NCBI GenBank assembly: GCA_043803405.1
Contig: JAZDKB010000015.1
Span: forward strand, 1 to 64,000
Direction of reading: 5' to 3'
Source: Spirochaetota bacterium
Lineage (GTDB): Bacteria; Spirochaetota; UBA4802; JAFGDQ01
DNA: 64,000 bases
In this document: one piece after another, positions 63,584-64,000 of the stretch
Numbering within the stretch: the first letter of the stretch is position 1
How the letters are laid out: each line of letters starts with the position of its first letter
Made by a program: the position numbers and the translations under genes
Notes under the pieces: generated by a model
The model's database searches: none
What the model saw: only the letters and a program-made list of their open reading frames with translations
What the model was told of the DNA's origin: nothing

Positions 63584-64000
63584 ATGAGAATAAATTTAAA
63601 CGTATTGAAAAGCTTTATTGCTTTTTCTATCATTTTTCCGGCATTTTTATTTATAAACTTTTCCGCATGCGGCAATAGTACTACTCAGGATTCTCCTGAT
63701 ACAGGTTCACCTTCTATTCCTTTAAACCTTAAAACAACCTCGATATTATCATATAGAGTAAGTCTTGCATGGGATGCATCAACAGATAATAAAGGAGTAA
63801 CCGGATACAGAGTATATCGTGATGGCAGTGCAATCGGCACTTCAGCCAACACAACATACAGCGACACATCTGTCAGCGCAAGCGTTAGTTACGCGTATAC
63901 AGTATCTGCTTACGATGCGGCAAACAATGAAAGCGGAAAGTCGGATGGGATTAATGTTACTACCCCGGCTGGAGCAACGGAACCGACTATTATTGACCAT
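63584..64000 (+). CDS. Lipoprotein with fibronectin type III domain (runs off window; not in ORF track)
   Basis: SD GGAG; signal ending FSA-C; PSIPLNL..LAWDASTDNKGVTGYRVYRDG..YTVSAYDAANNES. Confidence 0.88.
   Translation, partial: MRINLNVLKSFIAFSIIFPAFLFINFSACGNSTTQDSPDTGSPSIPLNLKTTSILSYRVSLAWDASTDNKGVTGYRVYRDGSAIGTSANTTYSDTSVSASVSYAYTVSAYDAANNESGKSDGINVTTPAGATEPTIIDH

Overview
AT-rich bacterial chromosomal window using the standard code (TGA is a normal stop, e.g. rsgA). It probably comes from a motile anaerobe. Spirochaetota is my tentative inference and is not proven. Most of the window is housekeeping and accessory genes: engB, rimI, ilvD, rsgA, ilvE, rapA, tex, an ABC-F, c-di-GMP proteins, a HEPN-MNT pair and several REP/MITE-like hairpin elements. 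The standout is a ~12.7 kb co-directional operon (17666-30312). It encodes two double-cubane-cluster (DCCP/HgdB-family) reductases with one ATP-dependent activator, a MetNIQ-type ABC importer, a NifB-NifH-NifD-NifK-like set without nifEN (group IV, methylthio-alkane-reductase-like) and selenium-trafficking genes (cysteine desulfurase/Sec lyase family, YedF, DUF3343). Its 5' leader holds an unannotated 33-codon ORF with an in-frame UGA, followed at canonical spacing by a bacterial SECIS-like hairpin, then antiterminator-compatible sequences and an intrinsic terminator. Together these suggest a selenocysteine-sensing attenuator controlling a reductive organo-selenium/sulfur scavenging system; this is inference and untested. 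A second notable item is a candidate sigma28-dependent ~115-nt sRNA at ~4637-4749 (minus strand). All calls are from motif reading by eye; no database searches were run.
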